Shown here: in pieces, positions 48,050-56,946 of the stretch
How positions within the stretch are numbered: the first letter of the stretch is position 1
Layout of the letters: each line of letters begins with the position of its first letter
From: Giardia intestinalis
Taxonomy: Eukaryota
DNA: 64,000 bases
Assembly (NCBI GenBank): GCA_000002435.2
Contig: CM018790.1
Reading direction: 5' to 3' (one strand)
The notes under the pieces: model-generated
Database searches by the model: none
The model's input: the letters and a program-made list of their open reading frames with translations, nothing else
Told to the model about the DNA's origin: nothing
Translations under genes and position numbers: made by a program

Positions 48050-50239
48050 CTAATACCGATACTCTCCAGAACCCACCGAAGCCATCAGATCTCTCATCTG
48101 GTTCTTTGTAAGTCTCTCACTCGCACGGGAAACTGCCAAGGGACTTGCTGTGATGGACATGGCCGGAACCGATGGCGATCGCGGGTGACTGCGGTGGGAG
48201 GCGGAAGTATCCTGTGGCTGCGCATGAATAGAGAAGCTCACAGAGCGATCAATCAGCCCTCTGTTCTCCATTGCTGTCGCTATATCTCTATCCGCGCGAT
48301 CCATTACATATGTACTGCTAGGTGGAGGCGCACAGGATCGATCAAACCCTCCATATCCATAGCCATTTCCTCTGCTAGAGCTTCCAGACAGCCTATTTGC
48401 CTCGCGTGCTGCATCCTCTATTTGATTGCTAATTGCATCTTCCATAACTGCACGGTTTTCTAGGAGCTGGATTCTTCGTCGGGCTCGCTCTGCCCGCTCA
48501 TTCCGCTCCCGTTCAAGTGCTGCCTCAGTTTCCCTCAAAATACGGAGCTTCTCCTCAGCTTCTTTCCGTGTATTCTGCGACTCTATAGCAAGCTGGTCGA
48601 CTACCCGTCTCGTGCTCTCTATTTCTGCTTCCTTGCAGCGTATATTTCCTTGCAGCCTTTGCATATCACGTTCAAGCTGCATATTTCGACGCTCTCGCTC
48701 GTCCATGGACTCTGTCATGATTACAATGCGAGACTTTAGATTGGCCACCTCGTTTATCCGCTGCTCCAGCTCTCCCTCGCATTGCTTCAGGGAGCTAAGT
48801 AAACTATTGAATTCTCTGCACTTAGTATCATGAACGACCTTTAGATCTGTGAGGTTGTCATAGAGGTCCGACACTCTTCTGTTGAGGCCCTCAATGTCTC
48901 CTTCCATTAAGTTTTTGTCCGCTTGAAGGGATGCCACTTGACCTTGTAGTGCTGTGCACTCGCTGCTCTTGCGCATCATGCCGTCCTTTATTTCTCCGTT
49001 GATTTTCTGCAACTCGCAGCAGGTGTCGGAAAGGGTGCGCAGGTCTGTCCTCAGCTCTTTGATTATTTCAGCCATTGTTTTCTTGCCAGTTGCTGAGAGA
49101 AATGCCCACTTATTACGTATCTGCTTCGACGGAGGCCCGGCCCCGCTTATGGACTTGACGAAATTGCACTCCAGATAAATAGCAGACTTAAGAGCGAGAA
49201 GAGTGATGGCATCCTGGCTTCGCATGCTGTTGTACGTTGTGTTATCGATTAGACTAGCTATCTCGGCTATATCATCGGGGCGCAACTTGTTGACAGAACT
49301 ATTGATATTGTCATTGTCGCTTGAAATTTTGTGTCCATACCCTCTTCTGCTTTTCGTCAGCTCCAGAAGTCTACCAACAAAAACAGCTGCCTTACATATG
49401 CTGCGCAACTTCGAGACAGCCTTTGGCGTGCCCTCAAGGATTCGTCGCATACGAAGAGTCTCGTCCAAGAGTAGCTCAAAATGACCAGTGGTGAAGTCCT
49501 TTTGCCGTCGTAGCTCAGCTACCACTCTGTCCAGCTGGAGCACTTTCTTCGCAAGCTCTTTTGTTGCTGTCAGCGACTGGTTCGCTATTTGCTCATTAAG
49601 CAGAACGGCCCTGCTCAGCATCTCATTCTCCTTACGCACAACAGTGAGCTGTGTATCTAAGCCTGACGCTAGCTGCTCTGCTTTCTCTGTGCGGTCCTGA
49701 AGCACCTTAGTGTTCTCAGTAGCAGCATCAACGCGCCGCTGAAGGTCACTCGACAGCTGCATCTGACCGGAAAGTTGCTGCTGGAGATCAGCAGCTTGCT
49801 TATTCGCGGAAAAAAGCGCGGCTCTGAGAGTTTGTATCTCTTTCTCCTGCTCCTCAGCACGAGTGAGCGAAGCCATGTGCTCTGCACGCAAGATATTTGC
49901 ATGTTCCAGCAATCTCTTAACCTCCATGTCCTTCTCCTGTACTTCCCTTTCCAAAACAACCTTGCGTGCAGAGGTTCGTGAGAGTGCATTTTCTAGTGCA
50001 TCCACCCGTGCAGACTCCTTTAGCTGCTGCATTCGCAGGTTTTCCAAGTCTATCTCCTTCTGCACCGCTGCCGCTTTGACTTCATTCAGGAGCACACGCT
50101 GTTGCTCGAGGGCCAGTATTGATTCCTTATCGATCAGCTCCTGGCGCAGCTCCATGTGTTCTGTGTCAGCTCTCGACGAGCCTTGAACCTGCGTCATATG
50201 GAGCGATGTGTCCATGGGTACCATGCGAGACGTGCGCAT
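48050..50239 (-). CDS. coiled-coil protein, larger paralogue of 41334..42629 (729 aa)
   Basis: The N-terminal TEHMELRQELIDKESILALEQQRVLL...ARVDALENALSRTSARK and the C-terminal RAERARRRIQLLENRAV...SPLAVSRASE...KNQMRDL blocks are shared with the 431-aa gene. A central coiled-coil insertion of about 300 aa is extra. True ATG start. Confidence 0.55.
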   Translation of the reverse strand: MRTSRMVPMDTSLHMTQVQGSSRADTEHMELRQELIDKESILALEQQRVLLNEVKAAAVQKEIDLENLRMQQLKESARVDALENALSRTSARKVVLEREVQEKDMEVKRLLEHANILRAEHMASLTRAEEQEKEIQTLRAALFSANKQAADLQQQLSGQMQLSSDLQRRVDAATENTKVLQDRTEKAEQLASGLDTQLTVVRKENEMLSRAVLLNEQIANQSLTATKELAKKVLQLDRVVAELRRQKDFTTGHFELLLDETLRMRRILEGTPKAVSKLRSICKAAVFVGRLLELTKSRRGYGHKISSDNDNINSSVNKLRPDDIAEIASLIDNTTYNSMRSQDAITLLALKSAIYLECNFVKSISGAGPPSKQIRNKWAFLSATGKKTMAEIIKELRTDLRTLSDTCCELQKINGEIKDGMMRKSSECTALQGQVASLQADKNLMEGDIEGLNRRVSDLYDNLTDLKVVHDTKCREFNSLLSSLKQCEGELEQRINEVANLKSRIVIMTESMDERERRNMQLERDMQRLQGNIRCKEAEIESTRRVVDQLAIESQNTRKEAEEKLRILRETEAALERERNERAERARRRIQLLENRAVMEDAISNQIEDAAREANRLSGSSSRGNGYGYGGFDRSCAPPPSSTYVMDRADRDIATAMENRGLIDRSVSFSIHAQPQDTSASHRSHPRSPSVPAMSITASPLAVSRASERLTKNQMRDLMASVGSGEYRY

Positions 50240-50386
50240 TTAGAAGGAAGGCAAAAGTTAGCAGACTTTATTAAAAGTTGTCTATGTGCTCAATAAAATA
50301 TTAGCTCACGGCTACGGAGGGATTGTTGAAAAACTTCGCAGCCCTTAGCAGTATACCAAAGCTTTATTAAATTGTTCGTTGAGCAG

Positions 50387-51496
50387 ATGCCTCTTCTGTC
50401 TGTCAATAGTTGGTTTGGAACCAAGTCTCCCTTCTTCACTCAGAATATGCGGCACTGCGTGCCTAACCCAGGGGTTATCCTCATAATGTCGCTTTTGTTT
50501 ACCGGATCAATAATTTTCCTAATAATCAGCGCGATAGCTTTTTCGTTCAATTCTGCACAAGCATATGGGATAGCACACTACTCTACACCTTCATCTGGAG
50601 CATCTTCTCAAACAGAGCCAGTGACTGTTACTCTCGAACGATTTAATGTGGAAAAGCCCCTTTACGTATACTACCATCTACAAGACTTCCATCAGAACGT
50701 TCGGTTCTATGTCTCTAGCTTTAGTAGGAAGCAGCTCCAATCAGACAGCTTTAAAGCCGCTGGTCTGAACAAGGACTGCAATAAAGGGGGGACGGTAGTA
50801 GATGAGCCATGCGGCCTTATTTATCAATCCTTATTCAACGATACCTTGGCTAGTACCACAACAAACGAAGTAACCTTTTATATCACCAGCACAGACACCT
50901 CCGCAAATCCGTCTCAACCTATAAAGGTTCAGTTGCCTATTAATACAACGGGGATTGCCTGGAAGGAGGACATCAAGAGCACTAGAATGTATGGAAAGGC
51001 ATTCCAAGCTCTTCCAAATAGTGAAGCTGTTGCAGTATGGATGCGAACAGCACCCCTAAGTACATTTGACAAGCTTTACGGACGGTTCACTGCAGAGCAA
51101 CTCAAGGCCCTCGTCACAGACTCTTACACAGCGGAAACCATATATGATGCTTCGAAGGCTGGCGGTGTAACCGTGGAGTTTTCGGTGACAAATAACTTTC
51201 CATACGGGAAGAAGTCCATTGTGCTGCAGCAAATGACCGTTTTCGGAGGATACTATGAAACAAGGAACTTAGCAATCTTATCTATAATCTTAGGGTGTGT
51301 CATGTTTATCTGCGGACTTACTCTTCTCATCATCTTCCTCGAACGCGGACCGCGGAGTGCCAAGTATAAGACAGTCTTAGAACAGTATCCTATAGTTACC
51401 AATAGCAGCATTCTCCTGTCTGAGCTCGAAAGGATGGGGGACGAGAAGGTCCGCAGAACCATACGCCAGGTAAAGGCCGAAATGGGACTCAAGTGA
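50387..51496 (+). CDS. CDC50/LEM3 (TMEM30) family protein, the P4-ATPase beta-subunit family
   Basis: Family motifs: PLYVYYHLQDFHQNVRFYVSS (the FYQNHRRY block) and DEPCGLIYQSLFNDT (the PCGLIAxSxFNDT block). Two transmembrane helices flank a large glycosylated ectodomain. The ORF-track start at 50372 is a TTG; the first ATG is at 50387. Confidence 0.7.
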   Translation: MPLLSVNSWFGTKSPFFTQNMRHCVPNPGVILIMSLLFTGSIIFLIISAIAFSFNSAQAYGIAHYSTPSSGASSQTEPVTVTLERFNVEKPLYVYYHLQDFHQNVRFYVSSFSRKQLQSDSFKAAGLNKDCNKGGTVVDEPCGLIYQSLFNDTLASTTTNEVTFYITSTDTSANPSQPIKVQLPINTTGIAWKEDIKSTRMYGKAFQALPNSEAVAVWMRTAPLSTFDKLYGRFTAEQLKALVTDSYTAETIYDASKAGGVTVEFSVTNNFPYGKKSIVLQQMTVFGGYYETRNLAILSIILGCVMFICGLTLLIIFLERGPRSAKYKTVLEQYPIVTNSSILLSELERMGDEKVRRTIRQVKAEMGLK

Positions 51497-51525
51497 CTCT
51501 AGAGGTAAACAAAACGCAGTGTGGT

Positions 51526-53220
51526 TCACACGCTTTTTCCATCGCAACTGAAGATGTCATCAACGCGCAGGATCATACAAGCATTTTCTATAGCGGCCTT
51601 GAGGACCTGCAGCTTTGTGCTCAGTGGGTCCCAGATGCCCTGCTCCTTGCAGTTGACGAGGAGCCCTGTGACCCCATCGACACCCAGCTGACAGTTCGGG
51701 TCACTGGTGTGGGCAGCCTTGAGCTCGGTGATGGTCCTTATTATATTCCCACCGCAGTTCTGCAGCAGCGTCCGTGGGATCACCTCCAGGGATTTGGCGA
51801 CTGCCTTAATGACAAGCTGAGGCTTTCCGACAAGGGTGTCTGCATACTGAGAGAGTGCCGTCGACAAGTGAGCCTCAAAACAGCCTCCGCCAATGACCAG
51901 GCGCGGGTCAAGGATAATATTCCTGCACACGTGCATGGCGTCCTGAATGTTCCGCTCTATCTCCAGCAGGGTGCTCTTGGAGGCGCCTCGAAGCACAATG
52001 GTACAGGCACTGGCCTTACCCCCAGATTGGTGGATGAAGGAAAAGAACTCGTCACCGATCTTCTGGAGCTCATAGAGGCCTGCGTATGTCCCCACATCAC
52101 TTTCTTGAAGCTCCTCCACGCGACTGACAATGGTGGCACCGGAAACTGCCGCAAGGCGCACGTTGTCTGTCTTCCTGACGCGCCTGAGGACTGTCACGCC
52201 GTGCTGGACAAACATATGAGTCGCCTGATCCGCCACACCCTTCTCGGTGATGACCAGGTCGGGCTTGAAGCTGAGGATCTTCTCCACGTGGGTCCTAATG
52301 TAGTCTTCTTCGACCTTGAGTATGTCTCCTAGATCAGACTTCCCTTGGAACAGCTCTACGTTCATCATTGATTGGGCCTTCTTGTACTCTAGAGGGCAAT
52401 CCAGAAGAAGTATGCGGGGATTCTTGATGTACTTCCTCATATCGGGGTGAATGACATCCTTATTAAGCACTACGCCATCGATGACGCAGCAGTCCTCCAC
52501 AGTCGCACCAGGGATCTTCTCTATGCGGCAAAACCTCTTAATATCAATGTCAACTGAAGCACCAAGCTCTGCTTCATCCCCTTTTGAACGCGCATCCTTA
52601 GTGACACCCACTAGACCCTTGCGCACCTCCGCTCCACGTCCTCTAGCGACTATGCTGACCGCCTCGAGCGCAAGGTTGCACATGAGATCCATCCATCTAC
52701 TGACAAACTTCGTGGATAGCGAGTTCTTTAAAACTGTCATAATAGGGCCTGCCGCCTCAGACTTCAGACCCAGGATCTCTATGCCCTTTATATTTATTTC
52801 AAATGAAGATCTTTCTGCCTCACTCAAAAGAAAGTCCAAGGCTTTCTGGTATCCCTGCGTAATGAGAATAGGATGTATCCCACACTTGAGAAGGGGCTCT
52901 GCCATGGCGATCACCTCCCCTGCCAGGATGACAACGCTTGTGGTGCCGTCTCCGACTTGCTCCTCCTGGGCCCGTGAAACCTCCAGCATGGCCTTGGCTG
53001 CGGGGTGTGCCACGTCGAGCTCGCGCAGGATGGCGTTCCCGTCGTTTGTCATGACCACGCTCCCCATTGAGTCCAGGATCATCTTGAGCATGGAGCGTGG
53101 GCCCATCGTTGTCCTGATGACGTCTGCGACTGTCTTACTTGCCTTGATGTTGTTCATGCGGGCCATTTCTCGGCGCTCGCTCTCGGTGCCTTGGCTCAGG
53201 ACATAGACTTGGGGCTGCAT
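51526..53220 (-). CDS. CCT3: T-complex protein 1 subunit gamma (CCT3), 564 aa
   Basis: Group II chaperonin motifs: TNDGNAILRELDVAHPAAKAMLEVSRAQEEQVGDGTTSVVILAGE. The N-terminus aligns specifically with CCT-gamma (VLSQ.T.RE.G......NI.A.KT.AD.IRT..GP.SM.KM.LD.MG). ATG start. Confidence 0.9.
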   Translation of the reverse strand: MQPQVYVLSQGTESERREMARMNNIKASKTVADVIRTTMGPRSMLKMILDSMGSVVMTNDGNAILRELDVAHPAAKAMLEVSRAQEEQVGDGTTSVVILAGEVIAMAEPLLKCGIHPILITQGYQKALDFLLSEAERSSFEINIKGIEILGLKSEAAGPIMTVLKNSLSTKFVSRWMDLMCNLALEAVSIVARGRGAEVRKGLVGVTKDARSKGDEAELGASVDIDIKRFCRIEKIPGATVEDCCVIDGVVLNKDVIHPDMRKYIKNPRILLLDCPLEYKKAQSMMNVELFQGKSDLGDILKVEEDYIRTHVEKILSFKPDLVITEKGVADQATHMFVQHGVTVLRRVRKTDNVRLAAVSGATIVSRVEELQESDVGTYAGLYELQKIGDEFFSFIHQSGGKASACTIVLRGASKSTLLEIERNIQDAMHVCRNIILDPRLVIGGGCFEAHLSTALSQYADTLVGKPQLVIKAVAKSLEVIPRTLLQNCGGNIIRTITELKAAHTSDPNCQLGVDGVTGLLVNCKEQGIWDPLSTKLQVLKAAIENACMILRVDDIFSCDGKSV

Positions 53221-53308
53221 TTTTTATTAAGGCAGTTTTTTGCCACTCTGTTTACTCTGCTCAGGCAGGCTGACGCAATAGTGCACTGGTATTCATGTTA
53301 TGGGGATC

Positions 53309-55037
53309 TCACATAGACGGGAACGAGAGCCCTCTGCTGTCCTTCTTCTTGGGCCCGGCATATGAGGATGTGAGTCTGCTCATTAAAAAATAGAAACAAT
53401 ATTGCTGTAGTTTTGTCTCTTGGCGATGTCGAGGACCGTGGTACCAGGTGGAAAGCATCGATCTTTGCAGGTAGTTCTCATATCCCTCTCCCTTTCCATA
53501 AGTAGCTTGGCACACTCTGTTTTGTAATGATACACTGCCTTCATAAGAATGGTCTAGCCAGTGGTACTCTGGATGCCAGCTTTTTTGTCCATCAATAGCT
53601 TAACACATTCTGAGTGATTATTATGCGCTGCATACATGAGCGCAGTTTGGCCATGTCAATTTTTCATGCCACCTTCGTGCTTTATTAGCAATGTAACCAC
53701 TTCTGTGTGCCCATGCACCGCTGCTAACATCAACGCTGTCTCTTCGTATCCATTCCATCCACTTATGTCAAAATACTTCGCTGTCTTTCCCTTTCGGATA
53801 GAAATAAAACGATTCACAGCCTCCATATCCCGCATTCTACAGCCTGCATGAGCCTGGTGACGCCTTTATTATCTGTCGGATCAAGGAGCTCCACAATATC
53901 TGTGTGCTTCACTAACAAAGCAAGCATCATCGTGGTTTTACCATTGCTATTCACCCCATATTTACCAGACAAATACTCCAATGCAGTGCTCTTGGAAGCA
54001 GCGCTTGTGAGCAGAGTATATGAGAAATCCTGTATAGCTGACTCCTAAAATCCTTTCTAGAGTCATTTATCTCTCCTGATTTGAGGCTAAGGCTGTTCTC
54101 AAGAGGCTCGATCTCCGATTAGCATTGTCTAGAGCAGCCTCTAGTGCCGTGACTCAAGCCCGTAGTCTTCCTTTTAGAACACCAGATTCTTGAAGCAGCC
54201 TACCAAGCTCCCTGGCTGTTGGTCTTTGAGTGGGGTCTAGAACAAGCGCTTTCTTGAGGATACTCCTTATGAGGTCGTCTTCAACTGCACTCAGGCTGAG
54301 CCTTTGCCCATCAACGAAGACATTCCTCGGGTGCTGCTCCCAGGAGATTAGGCATTTGAAAGTGAAGAGCTCATAGGCGGTAGCACCGAAGACCCGACGT
54401 CGAACGTAGGGCCGGTCTCGTCCCTGAGGTGGATCTCGGGAGCCATGTATGCTTGGTTCCCAAAATGGCACTCCCATTGTGCAGGACATCCTTGCAGAGC
54501 CCGAAGTCCGCAAGAGCTGAGCCTGCCATTTCTGCTGACATCGACTTTGTCGGGGTCGTGAAGGTAGGTAAGGATGATGGCGATCTGCTCCATGATGGAG
54601 AGCACTGTATCGGTAGGGTTACCGGTTCTTGCTCAATCGGCAATCACATCTTGAGGCACCGATCTCAGCGGTCCATGATGATGAAGATGGAGTGAGCGTC
54701 TCTGAGCACCCGGTAGTGCCTAATGACATCTAGGTGTGAGCGTCTGGAAATGGTGGCCAGCGCGACCCAGTGGCCTCCGTGAGCTTCCCACTCTGAGTCT
54801 TGGATAGCCACCTATCACATGGACAGTACCAAAGCTGCCCACATCAAGCACCCCTCCTCGCATCGATGCAGCTCGTCGGCGGGCACAGGATATCGAGTGC
54901 ACCGTCCCCAGCCATGACGGTGTCAACGGCGCTGTGCAGAGCACGCTCGGGGGCAGGGAAGCGGCCACCCCTGCTCCCGGTTGCTGGCTGGCTGGCGAAG
55001 TACATAAGGCGCACCCGCTTGTCGGCAGCTGCACCAC
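53309..55037 (-). pseudogene. decayed NEK-kinase / coiled-coil / ankyrin-repeat gene, inverted paralogue of the plus-strand gene at 56947..59030
   Basis: A kinase N-lobe fragment (GGVLDVGSFGTVHVIGG), catalytic and activation segments (ADFGLCKD..., AYMAPE, PTQRPTARELGRLL), a coiled-coil fragment (LEAALDNANRRSSLL) and ankyrin units (GKTTMMLALLVKHTDIVELLDPTDNKGVTRLMQAV, TALMLAAVHGHTEVVTLLIKHEGGMKN*HGQTALMYAAHNNHSECVKLLMDKKAGIQSTTG*TILMKA...PGTTVLDIAKRQNYSNIVSIF). They are spread over at least four frames, with in-frame TGA and TAG stops. Confidence 0.6.
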
Positions 55038-55047
55038 TAGTGACGCG

Positions 55048-55053
55048 TTTACT
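55048..55053 (-). promoter_or_regulatory. putative polyadenylation signal AGTAAA of the VSP gene
   Basis: The minus strand reads TAG-ATGTACTTAGGT-AGTAAA, matching the Giardia AGTPuAA consensus 12 nt after the stop. Confidence 0.35.
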
Positions 55054-55065
55054 ACCTAAGTACAT

Positions 55066-56277
55066 CTACGCCTTGCCCCTGCAGATGAACCACCAGCAGA
55101 GGAAGCCCACGAGGCCCCCGACGACAACGATGACAGCGACGGAGATCCCCGCGATGGCGCCGGTAGAAAGGCCGCTCTTGTTCGTGCTACCGCCATCTTT
55201 CATGAGGTAGCAGAGAACGGGGCCTTGATTATTAGATGGGGGAGCGCAGCTCGCGCAGTTAGCGACGCCCTGAATGTTATTGCTTGTCTCTGTACACAGC
55301 TTGCATGCTTTACTGGCGTCCAAGTAACGGCCAGGTGGACAGGCGCTGCACTTATTGGGCTGATTAGCTTCGGTGCATGTCGCACAAGTGGAGTCGCATA
55401 ATGGACACATGTTCGAGACAGCTGTCAAGCCATTCGCACACGTTTGGCATTTTCCATCCCCAGTGGGCGTTGTGCAGATGCTCTTCCCGGGGAGCCTCGT
55501 CGTCTGGTAGCACCCGCCCTCCTGGATGAAGTATCCGGCGGCGCAGACCGTGCAGGCACCGTTAGCGGCAGTGGTGCAGAACCGAGTCCTGGCCGCATTG
55601 CTTGTGCAGACGCCATTGAGCGGCACGTTGTTCCCCTTGCACTTCGAGCAGTACTTGGTACCTCCAATTGTTAGGCCGCACGTCTCGCACTCCGGGCCCT
55701 CCACGCATTGCTCCACGCACGTGCCGTCTGTAGGATTGCTCTCGTCGGCGTACCTCAGCATCTTCCCGGCGGGACAGGCCGTGCACTTGGAAGCGCCGGC
55801 CCCGCTGCACTCCGCACAGGAGGGGTCGCAGGGCGCGCACGTTTGTCCGGATAGATACGTTCCGACAGGGCAGGCATCTAAGCATGCCTTCTTCGTCGGG
55901 GTCAGATGCTTTCCTGGTTCACATTCTTCGCAAGTCTGCTTGTCCGGGGAGCACGTCTGGCAGTTCACGATCGGGCAGTCGGCCTGCGGCGTGCACTGCG
56001 TCCCGTCGTCGTTGGGGTCGAAGCCAGGGCTACACGTCTCGCACCTTGTGTTGTCGCCAGAGACGCACTGGGCGCAGTTCTGGACTCCGCAGTCGGACGC
56101 GGGGTTCTTGGTGCACTTCTTCGTGGTGGGGTTGAGGGTGTAGCCTGAGCCGCACGTCTTGCACTGCTGGGGGTTGCTTTCCTCGCAGACATCACAGCCC
56201 TCGACCTCGCACGGCGCGGTCTTTTCGTTGTGCTTTGCCAGCACGGTTGCACAAACTAGGAGAAATCCTACCAACAT
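55066..56277 (-). CDS. variant-specific surface protein (VSP), 403 aa from the first ATG
   Basis: Signal peptide MLVGFLLVCATVLA. About 25 CXXC pairs. The GGCY motif (IQEGGCYQ). The invariant VSP C-terminus GLSTGAIAGISVAVIVVVGGLVGFLCWWFICRGKA. The ORF-track start at 56334 is a GTG; the ATG is at 56275-56277. Confidence 0.9.
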   Translation of the reverse strand: MLVGFLLVCATVLAKHNEKTAPCEVEGCDVCEESNPQQCKTCGSGYTLNPTTKKCTKNPASDCGVQNCAQCVSGDNTRCETCSPGFDPNDDGTQCTPQADCPIVNCQTCSPDKQTCEECEPGKHLTPTKKACLDACPVGTYLSGQTCAPCDPSCAECSGAGASKCTACPAGKMLRYADESNPTDGTCVEQCVEGPECETCGLTIGGTKYCSKCKGNNVPLNGVCTSNAARTRFCTTAANGACTVCAAGYFIQEGGCYQTTRLPGKSICTTPTGDGKCQTCANGLTAVSNMCPLCDSTCATCTEANQPNKCSACPPGRYLDASKACKLCTETSNNIQGVANCASCAPPSNNQGPVLCYLMKDGGSTNKSGLSTGAIAGISVAVIVVVGGLVGFLCWWFICRGKA

Positions 56278-56946
56278 TAGCCGGAGTTCGTATGCCACTG
56301 CTCTTCTGTCAGGCCGGTGCGTTGCCGCGAGCACTGAGAGACAGCCGCTCTTGCTCTCTTGATCGGTTGGACTGGAGAGGGATAAGATAATAGCACACCC
56401 ACCGGAGGCCGGCTGATGGCACGGTTCCCCCTGGCTTCGATAGGAACAGGACCAGTGAGGAGTAGACTCAGACCGTGCCTCTCTTGTGGAATGATTGATT
56501 GGGGTGCACTCTTGTACATTGCTGTCACTGTATCACTGGGCCCACCTGCAGGTGCGCTCAGAGGCCTCACGGGTAAGCTGCGCCCACTTCTCGACCGTCC
56601 GGAGACGATGGCTGGTTGTGGATAACATACTAAAAGCTCCTCTCCATCGATGCATCCAGAGCTCAGTGTCGTCCCGGTCGGCATACTCTGTCGGGGCACT
56701 CCGCGTCGGCCTCCAGGGTTCGGCCTGCTCAGGGCCATACGAGCCGCTAATGTGCCCTCCTTGGCCTGCCATCAGCAGCTCGCACTAGGCGCCTTACTCA
56801 GGCAGTAGCCAAGGCCACTCCAAAGGGTGGCTCCGGATTGCAGTTAAAATCAGCGGCGGCTGTTGACTCCACTCCCTATCCCAGCTGCCGCAGAGGGTGT
56901 CCTGGGAGACGCTAGTAACAGTGCAGTTAGCGGCTTTGCAGGGCCG

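Noticed and set aside
51493-53206. ORFs of 279 aa and 251 aa antisense to CCT3
   Set aside because: Fully contained within the conserved chaperonin gene. S/T/R-rich translations with no motifs.
55200-56738. Multiple 60-205-aa ORFs antisense to or overlapping the VSP gene and its upstream region
   Set aside because: Alternative frames of a Cys-codon-rich, GC-rich gene. Non-ATG starts. Not independently supported.
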